Shown here piece by piece: positions 47,752-59,122 of a DNA stretch of 64,000 bases (its first letter is position 1; each line of letters begins with the position of its first letter). Source of the DNA: a virus (lineage: Duplodnaviria; Caudoviricetes). The stretch lies in the IMG/VR virus record IMGVR_UViG_3300028797_000118, positions 1 to 64,000 of that record. One strand, given 5' to 3'. The notes under the pieces are model-generated. The model was given only the letters and a program-made list of their open reading frames with translations. It did not search any database and was not told the DNA's origin. The position numbers and the translations under genes were made by a program.

Positions 47752-48748
47752 TCAGATTTTGTTTTAGTAATTTCTTAAAGATATCTAATCCAAAATCACT
47801 TGGACTTGCTTTAGATCCTTTCGGCAATCCTCCATAAAGATAAAATACTTTATTATGATAAACAGAATTATTTACATATACTTGAGCACAAGCTTTTTTA
47901 ATTTCTTCTAACGAAACTCCTTCGTCAAATGCAATAATGATTTCATCACACATAAGTGATTTTATTATTGCAGCTTGAGAGATAGATATATCATGTCCCA
48001 TTATTGCGGAAGCAATATTGCAACCAAAATCTGAACATTGCATAACGGATTTTTCTGCTTCAAAAATAATAAGTTTACTTTTTTTTACGATACATTTGTA
48101 ATTTTGTGAAAGACCATAGACTACCGAAGACTTTTGAAAAGGAATTTCAGCCCAATATTTATTTACAAGAACATCTTCATTTTTTCTTGCTTTGCAACCA
48201 ATTAGCTCATCTTGTATATTTGTAATCGGTATTAGGATAGCATTATTTTCAAGATCAAATCTTAAATCGAATTTTTCTTGAGTAACATATGAAATGCCAT
48301 CGATAAAAAATCTAAGGTTACAAGCTCTTTTCGGTAGAATACTTCGATCATATTTTTTTAATTCTGTATCAGAAGTTTTTTTAGATGAATCAAGTCCTTT
48401 ATAAAATCCACCAAAGGGACGCGATATTTGTTCATCTTTGCATTTGAAATTTATCCAATTAGCAATAATGTTCAGTGCTTTTGGAAATGAAACTTTTTTC
48501 ATATCCATCACGAGGGAGTAAATGTTACCTCTTGAACTTCGAGTTGTGCAAATATAATTTAAACTTGCAGTATATATAATATATCCATATAAATTGTCTG
48601 CTGTTGGATCAGGTCTTGGAGAGGTAATCATTTGTTTTGCAGCATTGTATTTGATTTTATCTTCTGGAAAGTTCAATTTGATCAAAATCTTTATGATCAA
48701 ATCTGGATTGTGCCGAAGTTGTTCAGATAATGCTTCGACATTAATAAT
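47726..48748 (-). CDS. DNA primase (Toprim); start probably ATT at 48748
   Basis: LIPI...G.KAR, VYGL, IFEAEKS, IIIAFD; GGAGG precedes in-frame ATT 48 nt upstream of the listed ORF. Confidence 0.8.
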   Translation of the reverse strand: MINVEALSEQLRHNPDLIIKILIKLNFPEDKIKYNAAKQMITSPRPDPTADNLYGYIIYTASLNYICTTRSSRGNIYSLVMDMKKVSFPKALNIIANWINFKCKDEQISRPFGGFYKGLDSSKKTSDTELKKYDRSILPKRACNLRFFIDGISYVTQEKFDLRFDLENNAILIPITNIQDELIGCKARKNEDVLVNKYWAEIPFQKSSVVYGLSQNYKCIVKKSKLIIFEAEKSVMQCSDFGCNIASAIMGHDISISQAAIIKSLMCDEIIIAFDEGVSLEEIKKACAQVYVNNSVYHNKVFYLYGGLPKGSKASPSDFGLDIFKKLLKQNLNEYKENYG

Positions 48749-48769
48749 TACCGCCTCCTCTCCATTAAG

Positions 48770-49900
48770 TTAATTTCTTAAAATTTTTATGTCATATACT
48801 AATTTTTCACAAAAATCATTAACTTCTTTTAGCGTTGTTTCATTGCTTAGACTTATTCTTATTGAACTATTTGCTTCTTCATCAGAGCAACCGATAGCTT
48901 TAAGTACATGAGATGGTTTTTGTGAGTCAGAGTTGCAAGCTGAACCAGTAGAAACATATATTTCTTGCTCATCAAGCATCGTAACAAGTTCTTCACCACG
49001 TATTCCTGTAAAAGAAACATTTAATATATTTGGTATATGAGTAGGAGCTGTTATGGGTGTTCCATTGATTTTTATATCGGGAATATTTGTATTTAAAAAA
49101 TCCCAAATATATGAACTTAATTTACGGACAGCCCAAGAATATTCTAATTTGTTTATTGCAAGTTCACAGGCTTTTGCAAATCCTATAATGTAGGGAACAT
49201 TTTCAGTTCCACCTCGCATTCCGAATTCTTGCTGCCCACCACAGATTAAAGGTCTATAAAATTGCTGAGCATCTTTTCGTATATAAAGAGCTCCAATTCC
49301 TTTAGGAGCACCTATTTTATGACCAGAAATTGAAAGAGAAGTTATTCCACTCTCATGAACATTTATTGGCATATGGCCTAAAGCTTGTACTGCATCAACG
49401 TGAAAAAAGATTCCTTCTGTTTCACATATTTTTGCTATATCAGATATAGGTTGAATCGTTCCGATTTCGTTATTAACCATCATTACCGCTACTAATGGAG
49501 TATGATGGTTAATTTTTGCAATCAAAGAATTAGTATCAATTTTTCCTTCAGAGTCAACAGGTATGTACTCTGCATCGATACCTTCAGAATTTACAGAATT
49601 TAAAACGGAATGATGCTCGATTGTAGATACAAGAACATCACCAGAATGTATACAATATACTCCATGAATTCCCCAAGTGTTTGCTTCACTACCAGAACTA
49701 GTAAAAAAGATTTCATTTGGATCTGCACCAATAGATTCAGCTACAATTTTACGGGCATTATTTATTGCATTATGCGCTTTTCTTCCGATTAAATATTTAC
49801 TTGAAGGATTTCCCCAATCTGAAGAAAGCCAGGGATTCATGGCTTCTAAAACTTCTTTTTTAATTGGTGTTGTAGATGCATTATCGAAATAATAAGACAT
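48770..49900 (-). CDS. iscS: Cysteine desulfurase (IscS/NifS, group I)
   Basis: YFDNASTT, GNPSS, FTSSGSEAN, HVDAVQA, SGHK (PLP Lys), RGGTEN, STGSAC (catalytic Cys). Confidence 0.95.
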   Translation of the reverse strand: MSYYFDNASTTPIKKEVLEAMNPWLSSDWGNPSSKYLIGRKAHNAINNARKIVAESIGADPNEIFFTSSGSEANTWGIHGVYCIHSGDVLVSTIEHHSVLNSVNSEGIDAEYIPVDSEGKIDTNSLIAKINHHTPLVAVMMVNNEIGTIQPISDIAKICETEGIFFHVDAVQALGHMPINVHESGITSLSISGHKIGAPKGIGALYIRKDAQQFYRPLICGGQQEFGMRGGTENVPYIIGFAKACELAINKLEYSWAVRKLSSYIWDFLNTNIPDIKINGTPITAPTHIPNILNVSFTGIRGEELVTMLDEQEIYVSTGSACNSDSQKPSHVLKAIGCSDEEANSSIRISLSNETTLKEVNDFCEKLVYDIKILRN

Positions 49901-49960
49901 ATTATTCCTCCCTTACAATTGGGTTATTTTAATTATACAACTCATGTGTAATTTTAACAA

Positions 49961-50302
49961 TCAAACAATAAAATGCATTCCGCATTTTTCGCAATATCCA
50001 CTTGCAGCTTGCCATTCTAATGTAACTTTATTTCGAACATATAAAGTTCTAACACATTTTTTACCATCACATCCAAAGTATTTACTTTTATGACAATCCT
50101 CATACACTATCTTTTGTTCTTCTCTTTTTTTTAGCCAATCTATCATTTCTTTCTGTGTAACAGAAATTTCTTTTCCACATTCCACACATATATATTTCCC
50201 CTTTTCATCTTTCCAAAGAGGTTCTTCACATTCTGGACAACTTGGACGAAAGAAACATTTGTCAGTATGAAAATCATAATCTAATCCCCAAATAGCATCC
50301 AT
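49961..50302 (-). CDS. Double zinc-ribbon protein
   Basis: CPEC..CVEC..C..C..CEKCG. Confidence 0.6.
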   Translation of the reverse strand: MDAIWGLDYDFHTDKCFFRPSCPECEEPLWKDEKGKYICVECGKEISVTQKEMIDWLKKREEQKIVYEDCHKSKYFGCDGKKCVRTLYVRNKVTLEWQAASGYCEKCGMHFIV

Positions 50303-50596
50303 TGGTTAGTACTCCTCTTCAACATAAATTAAAATGCAACAATAATCAGTGAAATGTATAGCGACTATATTTGATTTACATACATTCCCAGTATTGAGAT
50401 AATTAACTAAGTCTATTTCAGATTCAAAGCTTTCTATTTTATACATATACTTCCTCCATATTGGTTGTTGTATATTTAAATTATATTCTCCTTAATCCAC
50501 TTCTCATAACATTGAATGAATACTTCTTTTGTCATGACAAGTTCTCTTTTGACACAATCTGGATAAATAGGTGTTTCTACATAACATGCGTCGTCC

Positions 50597-50842
50597 TCAA
50601 ATATAATTTTCTGTTCCATTTGTTATCCTCACTTTCATTTTTGACCCGCAATTCGGACAAAAGTTAGTTCTAACATCAACTTCACTGCTATACAGCATTT
50701 CGCCTTCGCTGCCATACTAACATTCAGAACACTCATACCAATCACAGTAATCGTCACTCTGCTTTATCCATTCGCCCGTCTTTGGCTCTTTTGGCTCTTG
50801 TTCTAAAGTATCTATATACTCTTTTAATTCTTCTCTTGTCAT
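50597..50842 (-). pseudogene. Zinc-ribbon module gene with in-frame TAG (50717-50719)
   Basis: MTREELKEY...GEWI...CSEC*YGSEG...FCPNCG in one frame. Confidence 0.7.
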
Positions 50843-53800
50843 TCCTTATTCTCACTTTCTTCTTTGTTATCAAATACTATGCAACAAGGTTCGTCACCCT
50901 CACCAAAATTTATTACTATGATATTTTGTGCATCATGCTTATGCTTTTCACACCACTTTATTCTTGCTTCATGGAATAGCTCAGACGTATCCCACCCAAT
51001 TTTTGAACAATCTCCATTTATAACGAAAGTATATTCTTGATTTATATAACTTTTCATTATAGGACTTATCATATTTTCAATATATTCCTCACGTCCTACA
51101 TCTTGCCTAATAATTTGACTAAACGCTTCTATAGCATCTTCTCTTAGTTTTTCTAATTTATCCTTTTTCCAATGATGCACTATTGTCATTTCATTTCGTA
51201 CTGTTCCCATATTTACTTCTCGCTTTCTGCCTTTAGAGCATTGATTTTATCCCTTATTAACCGCTGTACCTTTGCGACTTCAAGATTGTAAGCGGCTGAC
51301 TCGTCAATCTGCAAATCAAGTTCTTCCAACATAGCCACCATATCATCCTTTAAGCGGTTTTCGTAGTTGGATTGCATCTTCTGATATTTTCGTATTATAT
51401 CTTTGGATGTCTGTAATGCTTCAATCATATCTGAATAGGCTTTATTAAGTGGTGTATTTGCTGTCCATGTTCCTCTAACACCTGTTCCAACAACCTCTCC
51501 ATTAGCCACGTTTTCATTTATCAACTTCTGGTACGCACCGATAGAAAAATCTAATTTATGTATGCATTCCTCAATCGTCATTCCCATCTTCCTTCTGCTC
51601 TGCTATTAGAGCTTCTATAACATCGTAGGCATCACAGTTACATTCATCACTTACTATCGCCAATAAGAGCTCATCTGATATGTCCGCAGTATCATGTAAG
51701 TGATAAAAGTTTACTATTTTCTTTTGCTTTTTAGTCATTTCTGCTCCTTACATTTCATACAGTAATTTCCTTTCTATATTCATCGATCATATCTTTTAAA
51801 GCATCTCTAATTTCATTATAACGAATTCTTTCCCATTCATTATTTATATCTTTACGAGCATAAATTGAACTTCCTGTATCCATTACTCTTCTTACACAAT
51901 GTAATGCGCCATATAGTACAAGCAATTCTTTATCCATGTTTTCTTCTCCTTTATTATATATTAGTATATTTTTTTATGATTTTAATTGTGTCATTTAAAT
52001 CTACTTTTTTTGTATCACCTTTATATAAAACATAAGTTTGCAATTTGGAAATTTCTTTAATAATATCATTAACTTTATTAATTGGAATTGCATCTATAAT
52101 AAGTATGTTATGAACTTGCTTATAACTTGCTCTTGATAAAAGACATGTTTTGCAAGCAGACGCATCTAATTGGCAACCATTATTTAAATATTCGCAAGCA
52201 ATCCATCGGATTTGATTTCTATCAATTAGTTCCATTTTGGTTTTCTTCCTCCATATCCTTATCTTTATTGATTACTTTTAAATAATTAGCTTTCATAAAA
52301 TCATTTATAGCTTGTTGATATCCGGTAGAATATCCTTTTACATATGATTCTGATTCTATAAGTTTTATCGTATTTATTATTTCTTCATTCCACTTGCTCA
52401 TTTTCTTTCCTTATCTGCCTTAATGCTTCTTGAAATCTTTCTTTTGTTTCTTCTGATACAGGAAGAACTTTTTCTCTTCTTCCCCTTAAATTTTCATTTC
52501 CAATAGGCATTAGCTTTTCTTCATATATTTTTTGTAGTTGTGATTCAGTGTGATTATTCCCCGATATTACAGTATTAGCATTACTAATTATTTGAATACA
52601 TTTTTTCGCAGTTTCGTTATAAATTTTCATATCGCTACTCATATATCGATCATAAATCTCTGCGATAACTTCATCTGCTTCGATAAGTCTACTATGATTT
52701 TGAGGAAGAGTAATGCCTTTCTTTATAATCTCTTTAAGATAATTTGAAGATAACCAATCTAAATGTTTTCTAAGGTCATCTGGTATATCAATAATGATTT
52801 GCATTATTTATCTCCTTATTACAATATTTCTCAATGATGTCTATAACATAATTACCAAAAATTCTACAGTTTACATCGGAACAATTTATTCCTGAGCAAT
52901 CTTTGTTTTTAGTACATTCAGTTTTTGTTTTCAATTCGGAAATCATTTTATCAATAATTTCTCTTGGTATTGCATCAAGTTGTTTAAGGGTATCTATTCT
53001 ATTTATTTTTATTGCTTCGCAGCCTTCTTCTACCCAATAATGAGTTCCGAAACCATTTACAATTTTTTTAATTTTAGCCATCACGAATCTCCTTTCTTTA
53101 AGGGACACTCTGAAGAATTTTTGAACGATGCAAATGAAACATATTGTAGCCAGGGCTTATTTATTAAATCTTGAACTAATTTGCCTCTAAAACATTCAGA
53201 AGGACAAATATCTCTTTTATAATCTGAACAATGTGAGTAATCATGATTCATTGAAAATTTTATGTTTTGATCATCTAAATTGCTTACTATTTGCATATGC
53301 TATACCTCAAAATACTAGATAAAGGAATATGATACTCTCTTTTTGTTACTTCAAATCGAGTATTATAAATCAGACAATTCTTTTTTATATAACAAGAATT
53401 AACATAGAATTGATCTTTCTCTCCATTATTATATTCAATTGTAAGTTTCATCATCTTCCCCTTTCTCGATAAAGTTGAGATTTGATGCATACATTACTTT
53501 TGCTGTTTTTATATCATCAGAATGATTCTGTTTGTTTTTTATAAATTGCATTAAAGCTTTATTAGAGATTAACCATTCAGATGGAGAATATTCAACTGTT
53601 ACTTTTTTACAACAATCATTTTCGGTTAATATGCTTGTCTTCATTTTTATTCTCCTTAAACATTATGACTTTAACGTATTCATAAATCTGTATTTCCTGA
53701 TCTTTAAAAGGAAATTTATTGCAATAAGGACATCTAATGTGCTCACGCTGTTCTTCTTCGGTTAATCCATAACCGCACCAATTAGTATCCATATCTAACT

Positions 53801-56800
53801 CAACGGCATTTTCAGACCCTACTTCTTTAATAATTATTGCATCATCAAAATCCTTTCCTTCACGGTCAAAGTAATTTGTTATTATGCGAAATATAGGTTT
53901 ACCACACTTTTCACACTTAATCATTTTTTAATCCTTTCTGTTTATATGCTTATTACAAATTTCCAAAGCTCGTTCCATACCGTATCTAAAGTCATCATCT
54001 GGTAATTCATCTTGTTCTACTCCAAGGTATTCAGCTTTATATTTATCAAAATCAGCATAAGCAGCTTCTTTTTCATCCATGATCTCAGCTTTGATATCTT
54101 CAAATATTGCTTCTTTCATCTCTTTGACAGTATCTCTGATAACTTTACTGTATCTATGGCAACAATGCTTTTCTTGATCGTGTTCTTTGCAACCGGTACA
54201 CCATTGAAATTCTTCGCTTTTTGGATAGACACTTGGCAACTCATCAATGATATTTTCCTTAAAACAAATAGGCAAATATAAATCTTGCCAATCCCATTTT
54301 TCTAGCATATCCAATACCGCTTTTCTGCTTATACAATCTTCTGCTTCAACTGCTAAGTCTTTATTAGTAGTTCTCTCGTATTCAAGCTCGAATATTTCAT
54401 CTATTTCTAATAAGTTAATAGCCATTTCAAGTGCTGCCATGTATTTGGGATTATATTGATAAATTGAATCATCTGTTCCTTCTACTTCTTTTAATATTTC
54501 TATTGCTTCTTTTCTTGTCATATATCCTCCTCATAAGCTTCTTACGGCATACACTCTTTTGTATGTTCGCAAAAATCACAGCCATTTTTACACCATTTTC
54601 CAATTGGTTGAATATTTTGTATTCTTTTATTAATTAATGCAATATAATCATCTCTATCTTTTGGTAAGTTTAAGCCTGTTAATTGCAATAATACTTCTTC
54701 TTTTTCTATATACTCAGCCATTCTCTTCCCCTTTATCCACTTCTATTACTGTTGGTCTAATATAAATCTATCTCAATTAGCTTGTCTTGTACTATAAAGC
54801 CAATGGCAATATTGAACTTGATTAGATTCAAATAGAGATAGGTTTCATTGAAGCTATGAGTAAAAGCAAAACCCAAACTCCAATCATGCTTTGACATACG
54901 ATAGATTCTGAATCCAAACCTCGCTCTATCACTCATTAGTCATTTTCCCTCCTTATCTGCTTCTATTACTGTTGGTGCGCATTCAATATCTTCAAGCAAA
55001 ACAACCGCTAATCCTTTATCATCATACGGCAAATCTGTTATATCAATTGAGCTTATGGGTAATTCATCCGCATCAATTAACCTACCGTATCCTTTGGGAA
55101 GTACCACGCCATTTGCAATTCTTTCAACCAAGCTATTAAACATAGTTCCATAGCCATATTCTTTGAGATTTTTATAATGTTCGTATTCTTCATCGGATAT
55201 GTTAATTACTATCTGCATCTTATTCCTCCTTATCACAATATTTGTGAATAATCTCTTCAACACGATGATATGGAATAGTCACACTTCCAAGACTTCTACT
55301 CCATGTGCTAAGTGCTTTTATCTCATCTATCATTTCATCTACTGATTTAAGAGGGCAACGAGGATGCCTAATAGTACTATAATCATTATCACTATCACAA
55401 TCCCACCAAATTTGATGAAAGTAATGACAATTTTTATTTTTGCACTTATTGCAATTCTTAGGCATATCCATATCAGTTATTATTACTGCCATCTTTGTCC
55501 TCCTTATCCTCACTTTCTGCCTTGTACTTGTCGATAATCTCAAGCACATCTTCTGCGCATAGCATATTTGTTCTATGGTCTACTTCAAACTCGATTTCGG
55601 CTCTTATCTTGTCAAGCACCATCTGCTTATCATGTTCACACACCTTTTCTGATACACAAAGCTTATTGATGAATGGCTCTTGTGGATTGACAGGTGGTAA
55701 ATCTTCGACAAATTCTGTTACCGTCATATCTGGAGCATGAAACCCATACTTAATCATTTGCTCTTTTACCGCCTGTCTGCTTACTGCATCAACTCCTAAA
55801 TCATTCTTAGTAGTTGGTTTACTCGCATACTGTCCTCTGTCTAATTCCTGTAAGTTATTTAATATGTACGACTCATAGGAATCATTTGATACCACACCAT
55901 CTTTAGCCATCATGATTTCAAATATTCTGTCTGCATCTGTACCATACAGAACAGAACCATTTAATAGATCACAAGCGATCTTAAATGCTCTGCAATAATC
56001 TGTTGGGTTATTCTTAGTAGTTGGCTCTTGGTCTCGATAAAATAGACTTCCGTTTGTGCCGTATTCTACAAGTACCCTGTTGACATTTTCATAATGCTCG
56101 GTAGTTACAACAAGTGTTCCGTCTTTTTCAAGTATAGGCTCTTGCCTTATAGCTAAGTTCTGTTCGTCTTTATCCGCCCATTTAAACCACTTCCCACAAT
56201 AAGAGCAGTAAATCCCTTTTTGAGTCCCTTTATCAGCAAAGAAAAAGTCATTATGCCCACATTTGCATTTATAATCTTTGATTTCCATCCATTATTCCTC
56301 GCTTTCTACCTTATCTCTGCTCCTTTATGTATGGTGCATTCCACCAATCAACAGATACTCGACACTTACTCCCATTTAACTTAAATATTATGGTATCAAG
56401 GATAATTTCTTCATCTTGTGGGAACATAGCCTTTATAACATCTCCGTTAGTTGCCTTTTCAGGGATAGGGATAACTTTAATATCAACTAATCTTGAAAAC
56501 TCACCTATTGATATCTCACATTTGTTTAATAGATTTTCCGCTTCAGTATATATTTTATTTACGGTAGATATTTTCTTCATATAGTATTACCCACTACCTT
56601 TCTCCAAACTTCTCCATCCTTCTCATCCGGAAAGCCATTTTTAAACCAATCAAAAACTTCATTTGGAATATCAATAAGTATTTTCATTCTTTCTCCTTTC
56701 TTGTATAAGGTTCATTCCACCAATACAGAGGAAATGTTGCGATCCATACTCCAACATCAAATAAAACTAGCCTTTCTCCTATATCGATTTCAGCATTTGG

Positions 56801-57146
56801 AAACATTGCTTTTATTACGTCCCCATTTGTTATGGTTGCTCTCTTTGGGATATTGATTTGTATGAACATATCTCTTACCTTTCTAATTCAGTTCCACAAT
56901 TCGGACAAAGCAAACGATACGCTATTTACAGCATTCATTAATTCATCCCATTCATCTGAAGATATTTGAATATCAGTATTCTCAATAGCATTTATGACTT
57001 TCTGCTTATCTACGACATTTGCATGTTCTTCCATAAGTTTTAGTAATCTATAAAGTTTAATCCTGGTTGCTTTTTTATATGGAACACATTTAGCTTGAAG
57101 CGCATAATATACAGCTTCGTTATAGCTCATTTTATCTGCAAAAATT

Positions 57147-57527
57147 TCAGCCTCTTCTTTCGTCATTGTTTTCTCCTTTATATGGTTCAGGTATTCTCCG
57201 TTCCATCCAAGCAATTACTTCCGCTTGTCCCCAATTAAGAATAGGAATATTTCCCCAATCCGAAAAACCAAATTTGTTTTGTTCTTTAGGAATAGGCGAA
57301 TAAAAAGTTTCAACAGTCCAATTATCTCTGTCATCTATCAGACTTCTACATGTAGCATTCACAAATGTATTAGGTTCTGGCAATCTTTCACTTACAGGAA
57401 TTCATTTATCCATTTTTATTCTGCCATGTTTAATAGCTTCCAAAATATATTCTATTTTCCCCATGGCAATTCCAATAGTTTTTATATCAGAATATAATTT
57501 TTCATCAATATCAATTACTATTTGCAT
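57147..57527 (-). pseudogene. MQIVIDI module fused to a DUF551-like domain, TGA at the conserved Trp (57402-57404)
   Basis: MDK*IPVSERLPE...VIAWM..IPEPY matches the WIPVSERLPE family. Confidence 0.7.
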
Positions 57528-58056
57528 TAGTTACCTCACAAATTTGTATTTTTATTTTCCCAAGAGATCCATTTCTGCAATTCTTTTTGTTCTATTTGAT
57601 ATTTATTTATTCCATTCTCAGATAAAACAAATGCATCTACTATTGGTTTATCTATCTCCCAAATATCGATGATATATTTTGTATTTAAAAGAACTTCAAT
57701 ATTATCATATGTTGCATGAATAATCATGATTTATTCTCCCTATATTGTTCTAACATATCGTTTATCATAGCTTGGCAAGTCCATACTATTTCCTGTTCTC
57801 TTTTTGTATTAATTTGGATTTTATCAAATTCTTTTTCTACATTTCTTATTTCAGTTAAAAGATAAGCAACATCATGGTTTGCTTCTAGATCAGTAATAGC
57901 ACAATAAAGAGCTTCATATTGTTCAGTATTATTTGGAAACAAATTTATTATCCATTTCATCCATTTTATAACCATTGAACGTGTCATAATTCATACCCTC
58001 CATTTGTGTTAATTTTAGTAATCACAAGATTATTTAAAATTTCTAGAAATATAATG

Positions 58057-58281
58057 TTATCTATTTTCTTTTTTTGAATTATGTATCTCTAACAACCAAT
58101 CAGATGAAATATTTAATTCTTCACATATTGTTATAATCGATTCAGCTGAAGGCAATCTTGAGCCATTGATATATCTGCTTATTGTTGCTTGAGTTATACC
58201 AGTTTTTTCGGATAAATCTTTTTGTGATAAACCTTTAATTTCTAATATTAGTTTTAGATTTTTATTTATAGACATCAACAA
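58057..58281 (-). CDS. XRE-family HTH regulator
   Basis: GLSQKDLSEKTGITQATISRYING.R.P...L.IS.DWL. Confidence 0.9.
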   Translation of the reverse strand: MLMSINKNLKLILEIKGLSQKDLSEKTGITQATISRYINGSRLPSAESIITICEELNISSDWLLEIHNSKKENR

Positions 58282-58747
58282 ATTCCTTATAATATATGAT
58301 TATTTTATATTCTCTTTCCCTGAATAGGATTTAAACCACCATTCTATATCAAAACTTTCAATGGTTTTATTTTGGGGGAAATCAACATAAACACATTTAT
58401 TTTCATGATCTATTTCTTTTATTTTAGAATCTGGAATAACAGCTAGGATTACATCTCCATTTGTTATATTGCTACGTTTAGGAATATTTATTGTCATTAA
58501 CATTATAATGCTATCCTTTCTTTTAATGTTTTCTTATTTATTCCAAAAGATTTTTATCCATTTTATAGTACAACAAGAAGAGATTATTCCACATGAAAAA
58601 ACCCATGCTGCAAAAAAAAGACATAACCCACCAATGGAATAATGATGAGCTTTTATTCGTATTATAGCAAATGCTAAATCTGCGCCACAAGTGATAAAAC
58701 AACATATTGAGCTTAATATAGACATTATAAAAACAAATATATTTGAT

Positions 58748-59110
58748 TTATTTTTCATTTAGATATTCCTCATTAGGCTCTTGATTTTTATTTTGATTAT
58801 CTTTTTCTTCTTCAATATGAATTCCTTCAGTAATATATAAATATTCAGACATCTTTAATATATGAGCTCCACAATAAGGACAGAATTCATAATCAGCATT
58901 TTTTTCTGGATCCCAAAAACCTTGACAATTATGACAAAAATAATCATTGTCTATTCCATTATCTGTTTCAACTTCTTTTTTTTCAATATAAGTAATATGT
59001 TCAGGAGCAATTATTTTCAGCTCGTCTAAACAGTAATTATATCCCTTATCAAAATCATCTAATACTGCACGTTTATAATTGGTTAAATTTTCTATACAAG
59101 TAAGGCTCAT
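58748..59110 (-). CDS. Zinc-ribbon protein
   Basis: CHNC...CPYCG. Confidence 0.6.
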   Translation of the reverse strand: MSLTCIENLTNYKRAVLDDFDKGYNYCLDELKIIAPEHITYIEKKEVETDNGIDNDYFCHNCQGFWDPEKNADYEFCPYCGAHILKMSEYLYITEGIHIEEEKDNQNKNQEPNEEYLNEK

Positions 59111-59122
59111 AGGATCCCTCCT

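Larger units (their letters stand above)
50300..58800 (-). other. Dense array of about 30 short, often overlapping accessory genes built from recurring peptide modules
   Basis: Shared modules MT(R/K)EEA, MQIVIDI, D.ISR.AV, I.AEI...IIDKY, TNGDVIKAMFP..WW, CPNCG across many ORFs. Confidence 0.8.

Noticed and set aside
48770-49900. Dnd/Ssp phosphorothioation system
   Set aside because: No DndC/D/E or Ssp-like neighbours in this window; cannot be excluded for the rest of the genome.
50597-57527. Stop-codon reassignment
   Set aside because: The two internal stops are different codons (TAG, TGA), long genes are intact in the standard code, and TAG and TGA end ordinary genes.
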